Shown: one piece after another, positions 9,656-17,757 of the stretch
How the letters are laid out: every line of letters begins with the position of its first letter
Numbering within the stretch: position 1 is the first letter of the stretch
DNA from: an uncultured Acidimicrobiia bacterium
GTDB taxonomy: Bacteria; Actinomycetota; Acidimicrobiia; Spongiisociales; JAOTWH01
Length of the DNA stretch: 32,099 nucleotides
Direction: 5' to 3'
NCBI GenBank assembly: GCA_964347285.1
Contig: CAYFYE010000015.1
Location: forward strand, 1-32,099
Translations under genes and position numbers: made by a program
Notes under the pieces: generated by a model
What the model saw: only the letters and a program-made list of their open reading frames with translations
The model's database searches: none
What the model was told of the DNA's origin: nothing

Positions 9656-10562
9656 CGTCCCCCCGCTCCTCGGTGAGCTGGAGGTAGATGTCCTCCAGGC
9701 TGGGCCGGACCACGCTGAGAGCGTCCAGCTCGGCACTCCGCTCCATGGCCCAGCCGGTGAGCGTGTGCAGGTCGGCGGTGGGGGCGGTGCTGTCCACGGT
9801 GATCGTGGTGTCGTTGAGGCGGGCCCGGCCTCGCAGCGGCTCGGGCAAATCGGCGAGCGCGGTCCCGCGGGGAGCTTGGAAGCTGATGGTCGTGTGGGCC
9901 TCCTCGCGCCCGCCCAGCGTCTCGGGCGTCCCCTCGGCCACGATGCGGCCCCGGCTGATCACGGCCACCCGGTCGGCCAGGTGCTGGGCTTCGTCCATGT
10001 AATGGGTGGTGAGCAGAATCGTCTTGCCGAGCGACCGGAGATTGTCCACGAGCTCCCAAGCCCGGCGCCGGGCCGAAGGGTCGAAGCCGGTCGTCGGCTC
10101 GTCCAGGAAGATGAGGTCCGGGTCGCCGATGAGGCCCAACGCCAGGTCGACCCGACGCATTTGCCCGCCGGACAGGGTCTTGATGCGGGCGTCGGCCTTC
10201 TCGCCCAGGCCGGTGACCTCGATGACCCGGTCGCGGGCAAGGCGGCGTGGGAACATCGAGCCGTACACATCGAGCAGCTCGCGCACGGTGAACTCCCGCT
10301 CGATCCCCGATGACTGGAGAACGATGCCGATGCGCTCCCGGTATTCCCGGCCTCCCGTCTCGGGGTCGTAGCCGAGGACCCGGACCTCACCGGCGGTGCG
10401 GGTGCGATGCCCTTCCAAAACCTCGACGGTGGTGGTCTTGCCGGCCCCGTTGGGGCCCAGCAGGGCGAACACCTCTCCCTCGTCGATCGACAGGTCGATA
10501 CCGTCGACGGCCCGATTCGACCCGTAGTGCTTGTGAAGGCCGGCGACCTCGATGGCGTTCAT
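9648..10562 (-). CDS. ABC transporter ATP-binding protein (DrrA-like)
   Basis: GPNGAGKTT, LSGGQ, FLDEPTTGFDP, TTHYMDEA, PSLEDIYL. Confidence 0.96.
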   Translation of the reverse strand: MNAIEVAGLHKHYGSNRAVDGIDLSIDEGEVFALLGPNGAGKTTTVEVLEGHRTRTAGEVRVLGYDPETGGREYRERIGIVLQSSGIEREFTVRELLDVYGSMFPRRLARDRVIEVTGLGEKADARIKTLSGGQMRRVDLALGLIGDPDLIFLDEPTTGFDPSARRRAWELVDNLRSLGKTILLTTHYMDEAQHLADRVAVISRGRIVAEGTPETLGGREEAHTTISFQAPRGTALADLPEPLRGRARLNDTTITVDSTAPTADLHTLTGWAMERSAELDALSVVRPSLEDIYLQLTEERGDGG

Positions 10563-11085
10563 GGTATGGGGTCACCCTATCGGAGTGCCTCGAAGCCGAG
10601 CCGCGCCGCTGGTTCGTCAGCGTCCGGCCAGTGATTCGGCACCCTCGCCGGCGGTCCACTCCTTGAGCACGGTCAGAGGGTGCTGGTTGCCGTCGAGGAT
10701 CTTGCGATGGACGGCGCGTCACACCTACCGCCCCCATCCACGGCGACTGCGTCCCTCTGCGCGCCGTGTCTATGCCCACGGAAGCGTTCGTTACATCGAG
10801 GCGAAGCGGGCATCGTGAAAGAGAACGCGCCGCTCCCCGCAGGCGGCTTCAGCCGCGAACGACGGCGGGTCGATGATCCGCCGTACGGCCGGGGTCGAAG
10901 CAGGCGGTGGGCCTGCCGTCGGGCCGGAAATCGGCGCCCCGGGCCGACATCGAACCGCCGGCGCCCCGCTAGAGAAAGGCGGATCCTGAGGTCGGTGCCG
11001 CGCTTTCGGAAGGTGCCGGTGCCCGAGATGGGAACTGCGTGCGCTGGGTAGGCTCCGCTCTCGCCCGACCTAGGAGGGGAGCGGC

Positions 11086-12261
11086 ATGAAGTTGGCGGCG
11101 CTGCGACCGCCGAGATTGCGCACCGAGGAGACCGAGGCCGAGCGACGTTCGGCCACATGGCTCGAACTCTTCTATGACCTCGTCTTCGTGGTGGCAGTGG
11201 CCGCACTTGCCCATCGTTTGCTGCTGGACCCGTCGTGGGAGGGAGTCCTCGCCTACATCGGCCTCTTCATCCCGCTGTGGTGGTCCTGGGCCGGGTTCAC
11301 GTTCTATGCCGACCGGTACGACACCGACGACCTCGGCCAGCGGTTACTGGCCGTCGCCCAGATCATCGCAATCGCTCTGATGGCGGCCAGCATCACCGGA
11401 GGCGAGGCCGATTCCACCTCGGCTTTTGCTGCGGCGTTCGTCATGGCCCGGGCCGTCCTGCTGCTGATGTACTCTCGGGCCCGCCGCCACGTGCCCGCTA
11501 CTCAGGAACTGGTCACCGGCTATCTGAAGGGTTTTGGCACCGGCGGCGCCTTCTGGCTCATCTCGATATGGGTGCCCGAGCCGTGGCGATACGTCTTGTG
11601 GGGAATCGGCCTCGCGATCGACTTCGCCACTCCTTACGTCCTCCGCCAGGTACAGGCCAAGGCCCCGCTCGACGTGTCGCACCTGCCCGAGCGGTTCGGC
11701 CTGTTCACCATCCTCGTATTGGGCGAGTCGATCGCGGCCGTGGTCGCCGGACTGAGCGAGGTGCCCGGGCTCGGGAGTGCCGACTGGGAACTAGGTCCGA
11801 CCGTGGGCGCCATTCTCGGGGTCCTAACCGCCGCCGGACTGTGGTGGCTCTACTTCGACAACCTGGAAGGCTCGGTGGTGAGACGCCGGCCCGACCAACG
11901 TACCGCCTGGAAGCCCACGGCGTGGATCTACAGCCACCTCCCGTTGGCCGTTGCGCTCACGGCCTCAGGGATCGGCCTGGAGTTTCTGGTTTCGCAGGAA
12001 GTGACCCCGGCCGAGCGGTGGCTGGTCACCGGGGGCGTCGCCGCTTCGTTGATCGCCATGGGCATGATCCATTTCTCCACCGAACGGGCCGATCTCGCTC
12101 GTGACATCCTGCAGACGCGAGTACGTCTGGCGGCGGCCGCCGTAGTGCTGATCGTGGGCCTGGTGAGCGAGAGCTGGCCGGCCAATCTGCTGGCCGCGTT
12201 CCTGGCCGCGGTGTGCGCCCTACAGGTCCTCATCGACCTCAGCATCGCTCCCTCCGATTAG
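11086..12261 (+). CDS. ltrA: Low temperature requirement protein A family membrane protein
   Basis: ATWLELFYDLVFV, HLPERFGLFTILVLGES, LWWLYF, YSHLPL; strong RBS AGGAGG. Confidence 0.92.
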   Translation: MKLAALRPPRLRTEETEAERRSATWLELFYDLVFVVAVAALAHRLLLDPSWEGVLAYIGLFIPLWWSWAGFTFYADRYDTDDLGQRLLAVAQIIAIALMAASITGGEADSTSAFAAAFVMARAVLLLMYSRARRHVPATQELVTGYLKGFGTGGAFWLISIWVPEPWRYVLWGIGLAIDFATPYVLRQVQAKAPLDVSHLPERFGLFTILVLGESIAAVVAGLSEVPGLGSADWELGPTVGAILGVLTAAGLWWLYFDNLEGSVVRRRPDQRTAWKPTAWIYSHLPLAVALTASGIGLEFLVSQEVTPAERWLVTGGVAASLIAMGMIHFSTERADLARDILQTRVRLAAAAVVLIVGLVSESWPANLLAAFLAAVCALQVLIDLSIAPSD

Positions 12262-12302
12262 GCCTTCTTCTGAGGAGTGATTCCCCTAGTACCGTTTCGC
12301 CC

Positions 12303-12851
12303 ATGGCCGGATCCAATCGGCTCGTGCGCACTCTCGTCGGCCATGCCGAGATGCGGAGTCTCGCCTTCTCTTCGGAATGGAGACTGATCCAGGGCGACGA
12401 TGAGCTGGCCGTCGTGCGCCGTTTTGCCCGCCAGCACATGTCGAGTGTGAGGCTGACCGACGGCACGGTGTGGACGATCGCTCCTCAGGGCTGGGGTACC
12501 GTGCTGGCCGCCGAAGGGGGGGTCCCGTTCGCCCGCATCGTGCGCCGTTCCTGGCTGGGTCGGCGCTGGGAGATCAGCACGATTGGCTTTGCCACCGACC
12601 TCCTCAGTCGCCCGGCGCCACGGCGGTGGAGAATGGCCATCGGCGGTGAGTCCATTGCCGAGCTGGCCGGGTCGGCCCTCTCCTACAACCGGCTCAGCAT
12701 CGATGCTCTGATCGGGGTCCCAGTGGCGGCGTTGGTGCTGGCCTGGCAGGTACTGGCCCGGCCCTGGGAGGCGGCTGCCTACCCGGTGGTCTTGGTCCCC
12801 GAGCGTGGCGAGCAGGCCCCGCCGGAGGCGGCCCATCCCGAACCGGCCTGA
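12303..12851 (+). CDS. Hypothetical protein
   Basis: Fills the gap between ltrA and the sulfurtransferase; protein-like beta-rich sequence; TACCGT 7 nt before ATG 12303. Confidence 0.7.
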   Translation: MAGSNRLVRTLVGHAEMRSLAFSSEWRLIQGDDELAVVRRFARQHMSSVRLTDGTVWTIAPQGWGTVLAAEGGVPFARIVRRSWLGRRWEISTIGFATDLLSRPAPRRWRMAIGGESIAELAGSALSYNRLSIDALIGVPVAALVLAWQVLARPWEAAAYPVVLVPERGEQAPPEAAHPEPA

Positions 12852-12852
12852 G

Positions 12853-13692
12853 GTGGGCGGCCCCCTGGTCGGCGTCGGATGGCTGGAGGGGCACCTCGAC
12901 GAACCTCGCCTTCGGATCGCCGACGTCCGTTCCTTGGGCGGCACGGTGCTCAATCGGTTCGCCTACGACGCCGGCCACATTGCCGGGGCGATCTTCTTCG
13001 ACATGGAGTCCGACCTGTCGGCAGATCGGGGGCCGGGGCGCCATCCGCTGCCGACCGGCGAGCAGTTCGGCGCAATGCTGGGTGACAGGGGCATCGGCAA
13101 CGAGCACACGGTGGTCGTCTACGACGATCAAGGCGGAGCGGCCGGGGCCCGGCTGTGGTGGATGCTGCGCCATTGGGGCCACTCCGAGGTCGTTGTGCTC
13201 GACGGGGGCCTGCACGCCTGGCTGAGGGCCGGGCTCCCCTTGACACGAGACGAACCCGAGTTTCAGTCCGCCTCGTTTTCCCCGGGCCCAGGCCGTGCCG
13301 ATACGGTGGATCGCGATCGGCTCCGTGATCTTCTCGGGCGAGTGGTGCTGGTCGATGCCCGGTCGGGCGAACGCTACCGGGGCGAGCAGGAGTTGCTCGA
13401 TCCCGTGGCCGGCCACATCCCCACTGCCCGCAACGCCCCCTTTGCGGAAAATCTTGGTTGGGACGGACGGTTTCGCTCACCCGAGGAACTGGCCGAGCAC
13501 TATCGGCGACTGGACGTGGCGGTCGGCGACGAAGTGGTCGTCTATTGCGGTAGCGGGGTCACCGCCTGCCACACCTTGCTGGCCCTGGAGGTGGCCGGTT
13601 TCGAGGGGGCCCGTCTCTATCCGGGATCGTGGAGCGATTGGGGCGGGGCCGGATATCCGATGGCCACCGGTCCCGAGCCGGGCTCCCCTTAG
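12853..13692 (+). CDS. sseA: Tandem rhodanese sulfurtransferase (3-mercaptopyruvate sulfurtransferase type)
   Basis: GHIAGA, GRHPLP, VVVYDD, ARLWWML, LDGG, GHIP, active-site loop CGSGVTAC, LYPGSWSDW; GTG start 1 nt after the upstream stop. Confidence 0.93.
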   Translation: MGGPLVGVGWLEGHLDEPRLRIADVRSLGGTVLNRFAYDAGHIAGAIFFDMESDLSADRGPGRHPLPTGEQFGAMLGDRGIGNEHTVVVYDDQGGAAGARLWWMLRHWGHSEVVVLDGGLHAWLRAGLPLTRDEPEFQSASFSPGPGRADTVDRDRLRDLLGRVVLVDARSGERYRGEQELLDPVAGHIPTARNAPFAENLGWDGRFRSPEELAEHYRRLDVAVGDEVVVYCGSGVTACHTLLALEVAGFEGARLYPGSWSDWGGAGYPMATGPEPGSP

Positions 13693-15509
13693 CGGCTCGC
13701 CTCCCCGGCGAGTCCCAGAGCCTCCTCGGCCGCTTCCAGGCGTTGCCCTCCCTCGAGCACGGGGGCGAACAGGTCCCCGAAACGCTGGAGACGGTCCCAC
13801 AGCGATGCGATGGTGAAATCGTTGGGCTCCACCGCGTCGAGCTCGTCCCACCGGACCGGCATTGACACCGGCGCTCCGGAGCGGGGCCGCACCGAGTACA
13901 CCGAAGCGATCGTCTTGCCGGCCACGTTCTGGTTGTGGTCGATGAACACCTTCCCCGCCCGGCGGGGGATGTCCCACTCCATCGTGACGTTGTTCGGATC
14001 GGCGGCCGCCACCAGCCGGCCCACCGTCTCGACGAAGCGGCGCACTCGTCGATATGGGTAGGCAGACTCGATCGGCAGGTAGAGGTGGAGGCCGGTCGCT
14101 CCCGAGGTCTTGGGATAGGCGGCCAGGCCGAGCCGTTCCAGGACGACGTTGACGTGGAGGGCGGCGTCGACCACTTGCTCCCAAGAAGCTCCCGCGGCGG
14201 GATCGAGATCGAAGATGGCGAAGTCCGGTCGATCGGGCGAGTGGACACGGCTCAGCCAGGGGTGGATCTCGATGCACCCCAAATTGACGATCCACAGCAG
14301 GGACTCGCTATCACCGGCGGTCACGAAGTCGATCGGGGCCTGGCGCTGCTCCGACCAGAGCGGTGCCGTCGGCAGCCAGTCGGGAGCGTGGGCCGGGGCT
14401 TGCTTCTCGTAGAAGAAGTCGCCTTCGGCGCCTTCAGGAAACCGGGCCATGACGATGGCCCGGTTCTCGAGATGGGGCAGGAGGAGAGGGGCTACCGCCG
14501 CGTAGTACTGCAGCAGGTCCCCCTTGGTGTATCCGTCCGCAAAGAACGGCTTGTCGATGTTGGTGAGCCGAAGGGGGCGGCGGGTGTCTCGGGGCAGGTA
14601 GGCGTCGCCCACCTCCTCCACCTTCATGGGAGTAGGAAAGGCGATCTTCCCCGAGCCGAGCGGGCGGGTGTCGTCAAGCCGGGTTGGGTTCGCTCCGCCC
14701 AGGGCGGCGCTCAGGTCGGCGTAGATGGCATCGTGACTCTGGCGCTCGCGGGCTTCGGAGATGAGGATCATCCGCATATCGGCTTCGGCCGCCGCCTCGA
14801 CGAGCGGTCCGACTCGCAGGCTTCCTTGTCCGTAGGCAACGTGGCGGATCTCCCCGCCCGGGCCGAACTCGTTGTCGGTGAACTGGCACTGGAGCGGATC
14901 GATGGCATAGCCGGGAAACTGGTCGCGCAGGAAGGCGAACACCCCCCCGAATGCCTCTTTGGAGGTGAGGGCGCCCTGGGACATTGCGTGGACGTGAGCC
15001 CAATCGACGACGGGGCGGACAAAAGGGAACTTGGCGGCAACGAGGGCGATGTCGCCGAGCGTGCCGAACGCCCTCTGGGTGCCGCTGGTTTCGAGGCCGA
15101 GCGCCACCCCCAGGTGGGCGATCTTGGGGGCGAGCTCGTCGAGACCCTCTTGGACCAGCCGGTGCAGCTCGTCGGGGGCCCGGCCCTTGGTGTGACCGAT
15201 GTGGGCCACCACCACGCGGGCTCCCAAAGCACGGCCCAGTTTCATCGAGTGCTCCAGCGATGCCTTGGTCTGTGTGCTGCGCTCGGGATCCTCGACGGTG
15301 AGGACGGCGAAGTAGGGAGCGTGGACCGACAACGCTATGTCGCGGGCGGCGGCCAGCTCACCGAAACGTCGGCAGCGCGGTTCCTTCCAGGGGAATCCGG
15401 TGACGAAGGCCAGCTCGAAGGCCCGATGCCCCTGCGCAACGAGCCGGTCCAGGAACTCCTCATCACTGGTCCCCTCGCGGGGCAGGCCGGAGATGCCGAA
15501 GCGGATCAC
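13689..15509 (-). CDS. Fusion: N-terminal endonuclease IV-like (AP endonuclease family 2) TIM barrel plus C-terminal LigD-type primase-polymerase domain
   Basis: aa ~1-270: IRFGISG, SVHAPY, VVAH, GLETSG..RAFG, DWAHVHA, GEIRH, ISE. aa ~313-600: LTNIDK, TKGDLLQYY, RFPEG, FYEKQ, IEIHPW, FDLDP, KTSGATGLH, FIDHNQN, SVRPR..APVSMP. One uninterrupted frame. Confidence 0.92.
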   Translation of the reverse strand: MIRFGISGLPREGTSDEEFLDRLVAQGHRAFELAFVTGFPWKEPRCRRFGELAAARDIALSVHAPYFAVLTVEDPERSTQTKASLEHSMKLGRALGARVVVAHIGHTKGRAPDELHRLVQEGLDELAPKIAHLGVALGLETSGTQRAFGTLGDIALVAAKFPFVRPVVDWAHVHAMSQGALTSKEAFGGVFAFLRDQFPGYAIDPLQCQFTDNEFGPGGEIRHVAYGQGSLRVGPLVEAAAEADMRMILISEARERQSHDAIYADLSAALGGANPTRLDDTRPLGSGKIAFPTPMKVEEVGDAYLPRDTRRPLRLTNIDKPFFADGYTKGDLLQYYAAVAPLLLPHLENRAIVMARFPEGAEGDFFYEKQAPAHAPDWLPTAPLWSEQRQAPIDFVTAGDSESLLWIVNLGCIEIHPWLSRVHSPDRPDFAIFDLDPAAGASWEQVVDAALHVNVVLERLGLAAYPKTSGATGLHLYLPIESAYPYRRVRRFVETVGRLVAAADPNNVTMEWDIPRRAGKVFIDHNQNVAGKTIASVYSVRPRSGAPVSMPVRWDELDAVEPNDFTIASLWDRLQRFGDLFAPVLEGGQRLEAAEEALGLAGEASR

Positions 15510-15515
15510 GACTTC

Positions 15516-15521
15516 ACCCTA
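15516..15521 (-). promoter_or_regulatory. Putative -10 element (TAGGGT) for a leaderless transcript of the EndoIV-PrimPol gene
   Basis: TANNNT located 6 nt upstream of GTG 15509. Confidence 0.55.
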
Positions 15522-15547
15522 CGTGTCTCCCCGTGCCGTCCGGACGG

Positions 15548-16534
15548 TCAGAGAGCTCGGTAGACGTCGGGGTTGGCGCAATGGGGCATAGGCCGACTCG
15601 CCAAGGCCTCTATGAGGTTCGTGGCGGCCAGATCGGCCATGGCGGCTCTGGTCCGCTCGCTGGCGCTGCTGATGTGGGGAGTGATCACGCAATTGGGCAG
15701 GGTGAGCAGCGGGTCGGAGGTGTCGATGGGTTCGGGGTCGGTCACATCGAGGGCGGCGCGAGCGATGACACCGTCACGGAGTGCCTCGTAGAGGGCGGCC
15801 GAATCGATGATCGGCCCGCGGGCCACGTTTACCAACGTGGCCGACGGCTTCATGCGCCTCAAAGCGCCGGCGTCGATGAGGTGGTGGGTGTGGGCGCTGA
15901 GCGCTGCCGTGATCATCACGTGGTCGGATTCCGCCAGGAGATCTTCGAGGCTCCGGTAGGCCGCTCCCAGCTCCACCTCGGCTTCCGGCTTGCGGTGGGG
16001 ACCGGTGTAGAGGAGGCGCATACCGAACCCGACCGCTCGCCGGGCCACCGCCTGCCCGATACGTCCCAGTCCTACGATGCCCAGCGTCGTGTCGTGGAGG
16101 TCGGCACCGAGGAGTAGGTCCGGTTCCCAGCGCCGCCAGCTTCCGGCCCGCACGTAATCCACGCCCTCGACCAAACGCCGGACCGCCGCGAGCAACAGCC
16201 CCATGGCGGTGTCGGCAGTGGTTTCGGTGAGCACCCCGGGAGTGTGGCCGACCGGGATGCCACGGTTGGTGCAGGCCTCCAGGTCGATGTTGTCGACGCC
16301 GACGGCCATCTGCGAGATGACCCCGAGTTGAGGAGCGTTTTCCAGCAGGTCATTCCCGATCGGGTCGGTCAGCATCGTGTAGAGCCCCACTGCAGTGGCC
16401 GCTTCCTCATGCAGGACCTCGGCGGGGATGGCCCGGTCTTCTTCCCACAGCCAGACGTCGCACGATTCACCCAGGCGGGCCAGGGCTTCTCCGGGCGGAC
16501 GTCTGGTGACGACGACTCGTGGTCGGTCTTCCAT
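15548..16534 (-). CDS. D-2-hydroxyacid dehydrogenase (glyoxylate reductase / D-glycerate dehydrogenase type)
   Basis: AVGVDNID, TPGVLTETTAD, GLGRIG, NVARG, LDVTDPEP, TPHISSA. Confidence 0.95.
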   Translation of the reverse strand: MEDRPRVVVTRRPPGEALARLGESCDVWLWEEDRAIPAEVLHEEAATAVGLYTMLTDPIGNDLLENAPQLGVISQMAVGVDNIDLEACTNRGIPVGHTPGVLTETTADTAMGLLLAAVRRLVEGVDYVRAGSWRRWEPDLLLGADLHDTTLGIVGLGRIGQAVARRAVGFGMRLLYTGPHRKPEAEVELGAAYRSLEDLLAESDHVMITAALSAHTHHLIDAGALRRMKPSATLVNVARGPIIDSAALYEALRDGVIARAALDVTDPEPIDTSDPLLTLPNCVITPHISSASERTRAAMADLAATNLIEALASRPMPHCANPDVYRAL

Positions 16535-16576
16535 GGCGGCCGAGCGTACCGGCCCCGCCCGGCTTGCGGGTTGGGG

Positions 16577-16777
16577 CTAGCCGCCCTGCGGTCCGCGCAA
16601 CACTCGAGCCGGGAGCCGGATCACGGCCTCGATGAGCTCCAACACCCCTTTCACCGAGATGCCGATCAGCCGAAATGGAAGGCCGAGCAGCCAAATGAGG
16701 GGGTAGAGGATCAGGGCGAGAAGGGCCAGGGGCCATGCCAAGACCAACAGAATGAGCCACAGCAGAAACTTCAGCAT
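16577..16777 (-). CDS. Small hydrophobic membrane protein (66 aa)
   Basis: Strong RBS GGGAGGTG before ATG; very hydrophobic LLWLILLVLAWPLALLALILYPLIWLL. Confidence 0.8.
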   Translation of the reverse strand: MLKFLLWLILLVLAWPLALLALILYPLIWLLGLPFRLIGISVKGVLELIEAVIRLPARVLRGPQGG

Positions 16778-16861
16778 TTCACCTCCCAGGAATCACGGCG
16801 ACGTAGCACGTATTCGGACCCGGCTGGGGTCCCGTGCCCATGCCGTAGTCCGCCCCGGCAC

Positions 16862-17608
16862 TCAGTGCCTGGAGCCCTCCACTCCAGTCGGCTCTGGCCG
16901 AGCCGGGCCGGGCTCCTCGAGCTCGGCCGGCGGCGCCGTGGGCGGGACTTCCTCGATCGGCCTGCGGAGTCCGCGGTACATCAGATATCCGCCGCCCAGG
17001 ACCAGGATCACACCGACGCCCAGCGCACTCCACGTGAGGGGCGTGGCATAGGACACTTTGGCCCCCACAACCAGGGTCGCGTCGACGCCGGCCGAGGCGT
17101 CGGCGTTCATCACCACCACCGACCATGTGCCGGACTCGACTTCCCAGTCGAGCGTCTGGTTTCCCGGACCGGTGACCGAAGCCTCCCAGATGCCGAGGGG
17201 GGCCGGAGCGTCCGGAATGGTCGCCCCTTCTCGGAGTGTGTAGTCCACCTCGAACGGATCGAGGCTGACGTTGTCGACCTCATGGTGCGCTACGGCGGTG
17301 AGGTAGCCGTCCACTTCGGCGGACGAGGCAATCCCCAAGAACACGTCCTGCCCCGTGTTGCTGACGCCGACCATTCGAAAGTCGACGAGATCGGTGAACC
17401 AGTCGGTCAGCCAGGACGGAGCATCGGAGAGGACTTCGATGTCGTCGGCCGTAATCGCGTGTGACGCCTGCGCGAATCGATGCTCTTCAGTGACGTAGAA
17501 CCCGTCGTCGTCCTTGTCGGCGGCAAAGACCGTAACCGCCCCCGAGATGAGAGCTGCGCCCACCAATAGGGCGAGGACACCAAAGAACAAGGCAAAGAAC
17601 CTGCGCAT
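16862..17608 (-). CDS. Membrane protein with N- and C-terminal TM helices; resembles the extracytoplasmic region found N-terminal to DUF4389 in actinobacterial proteins
   Basis: RBS GAGGAGGAGG; DDGFY, VFLGIA..EVDGYL..VAH, W..SVTG.G.QTLDW...G.WSVVVMNAD.S.GV. The family link is from memory. Confidence 0.75.
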   Translation of the reverse strand: MRRFFALFFGVLALLVGAALISGAVTVFAADKDDDGFYVTEEHRFAQASHAITADDIEVLSDAPSWLTDWFTDLVDFRMVGVSNTGQDVFLGIASSAEVDGYLTAVAHHEVDNVSLDPFEVDYTLREGATIPDAPAPLGIWEASVTGPGNQTLDWEVESGTWSVVVMNADASAGVDATLVVGAKVSYATPLTWSALGVGVILVLGGGYLMYRGLRRPIEEVPPTAPPAELEEPGPARPEPTGVEGSRH

Positions 17609-17757
17609 CGTGAGACCTCCTCCTCTGGGAGCCTCCTATCACGGCGGATGGGCCGGGTTCCAGAGGCGAAGGACTCTTGGTCGGTCGGCTTTCGGCAGTA
17701 GCCGGAGAGGAAATGCAGAGGGCCTCGCCGGCGGTACTCCGGTGACGCCGAACCTCC

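Noticed and set aside
13689..15509. Prim-Pol as the replicase of a mobile element or a CRISPR-associated Prim-Pol
   Set aside because: Motifs are LigD/NHEJ-type, and there is no helicase, integrase or cas gene among the housekeeping-type neighbours.
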